From Heteronotia binoei (Eukaryota), in contig NC_083226.1 in the NCBI RefSeq assembly GCF_032191835.1, positions 40,362,001-40,426,000 of the forward strand: 64,000 nt of DNA, read 5' to 3'. The translations under genes were made by a program, and so were the position numbers. The notes beneath the pieces were generated by a model that had not been told where the DNA came from, searched no databases, and worked only from the letters and a program-made list of their open reading frames with translations. Numbering within the stretch: the first letter of the stretch is position 1; each line of letters begins with the position of its first letter. Of this stretch, positions 63,478 through 64,000 are shown piece after piece.

Positions 63478-63942
63478 TGTTGCACAATCTCCAGTTGGGG
63501 GCAGGGAATCCCCCAGTTTGGAGGCCCTTCCCCTGTTTCAGGATTATCTGAAAGCAATGGGGGGCGGGGAGGGAAATGTGTGCTGGGCACTCCATTATAA
63601 CCTGTGGAGACTGGTTCCTCATAGGGTATAATGGAGAATTGATCTGTGGGTATTGAGGACTCAGAGGGCTGGGTTTTTTTAGGTAGAAGCACCAAACTTT
63701 CGGCATAGATCCCGTGCCTCTCCTCAAAACACCCTGCAAGTTTCAAAAAGATTGGACCACAAGGTCCAATTCTATGAGCCTCTATTCTTTTTTATTTCCA
63801 AATGGAGGAAAGGCATTAAAAAGGTATGTGTTCCCTTTAAATGTGATGGTCAGAACTCCCTTTGGAGTTCAATTGTGCTTGTCACATTCTTGCTCCTGGC
63901 TCCATCCCCAAAGTTCCCAGATATTTATTGGGTTGGAATCCT
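63478..63942. mobile_element. Second copy of the TAGGGTTGCC-type hAT non-autonomous element
   Basis: Shares internal blocks with 18030-18520 (ggaggcccttcc, agtttcaaaaagattggacc, ccctttaaatgtgatggtcagaactcc); ends gggttggaatccta. Confidence 0.75.
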
Positions 63943-64000
63943 ACACATAACAGAAATACAGATAAGACAAAGGAGGAAGGAGGGACTTCTGTGCCCTCCC

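Noticed and set aside
63303-63746. 147-aa and 98-aa ORFs
   Set aside because: They lie across the TIR element and the hAT MITE; no transposase motifs.

Overview
Vertebrate genomic DNA, most likely squamate and probably a gecko (inferred from the SINE/MITE repertoire). The window holds the 5' part of SVEP1 (polydom) on the minus strand. Coding exons 1-5 are at 49878-49330, 31866-31611, 30496-30320, 4428-4270 and 3022-2843; all have GT-AG junctions and keep the frame. They encode the signal peptide, VWA domain, Cys-rich/ephrin-receptor-like region and first sushi domain. A CpG-island promoter lies at about 49.1-50.3 kb, followed by about 14 kb of upstream intergenic DNA. The rest is mostly transposon-derived: L1, L2, CR1, RTE/BovB and Penelope fragments, several SINE families (tRNA-, Sauria- and 5S-derived), many hAT-type MITEs with 8-bp TSDs, and a near full-length IR/DR Tc1 element. 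The most unusual object is a TSD-bounded L1-clade insertion in intron 3 (5509-9124). It has a twin-priming-type 5' inversion and an internal deletion fusing ORF1 in frame to the RT. It also carries a ~290-bp near-perfect GC-rich palindrome ending 1 nt before the ORF1 ATG, and it sits inside an older Penelope RT remnant. I found no prokaryotic-type systems such as CRISPR arrays.
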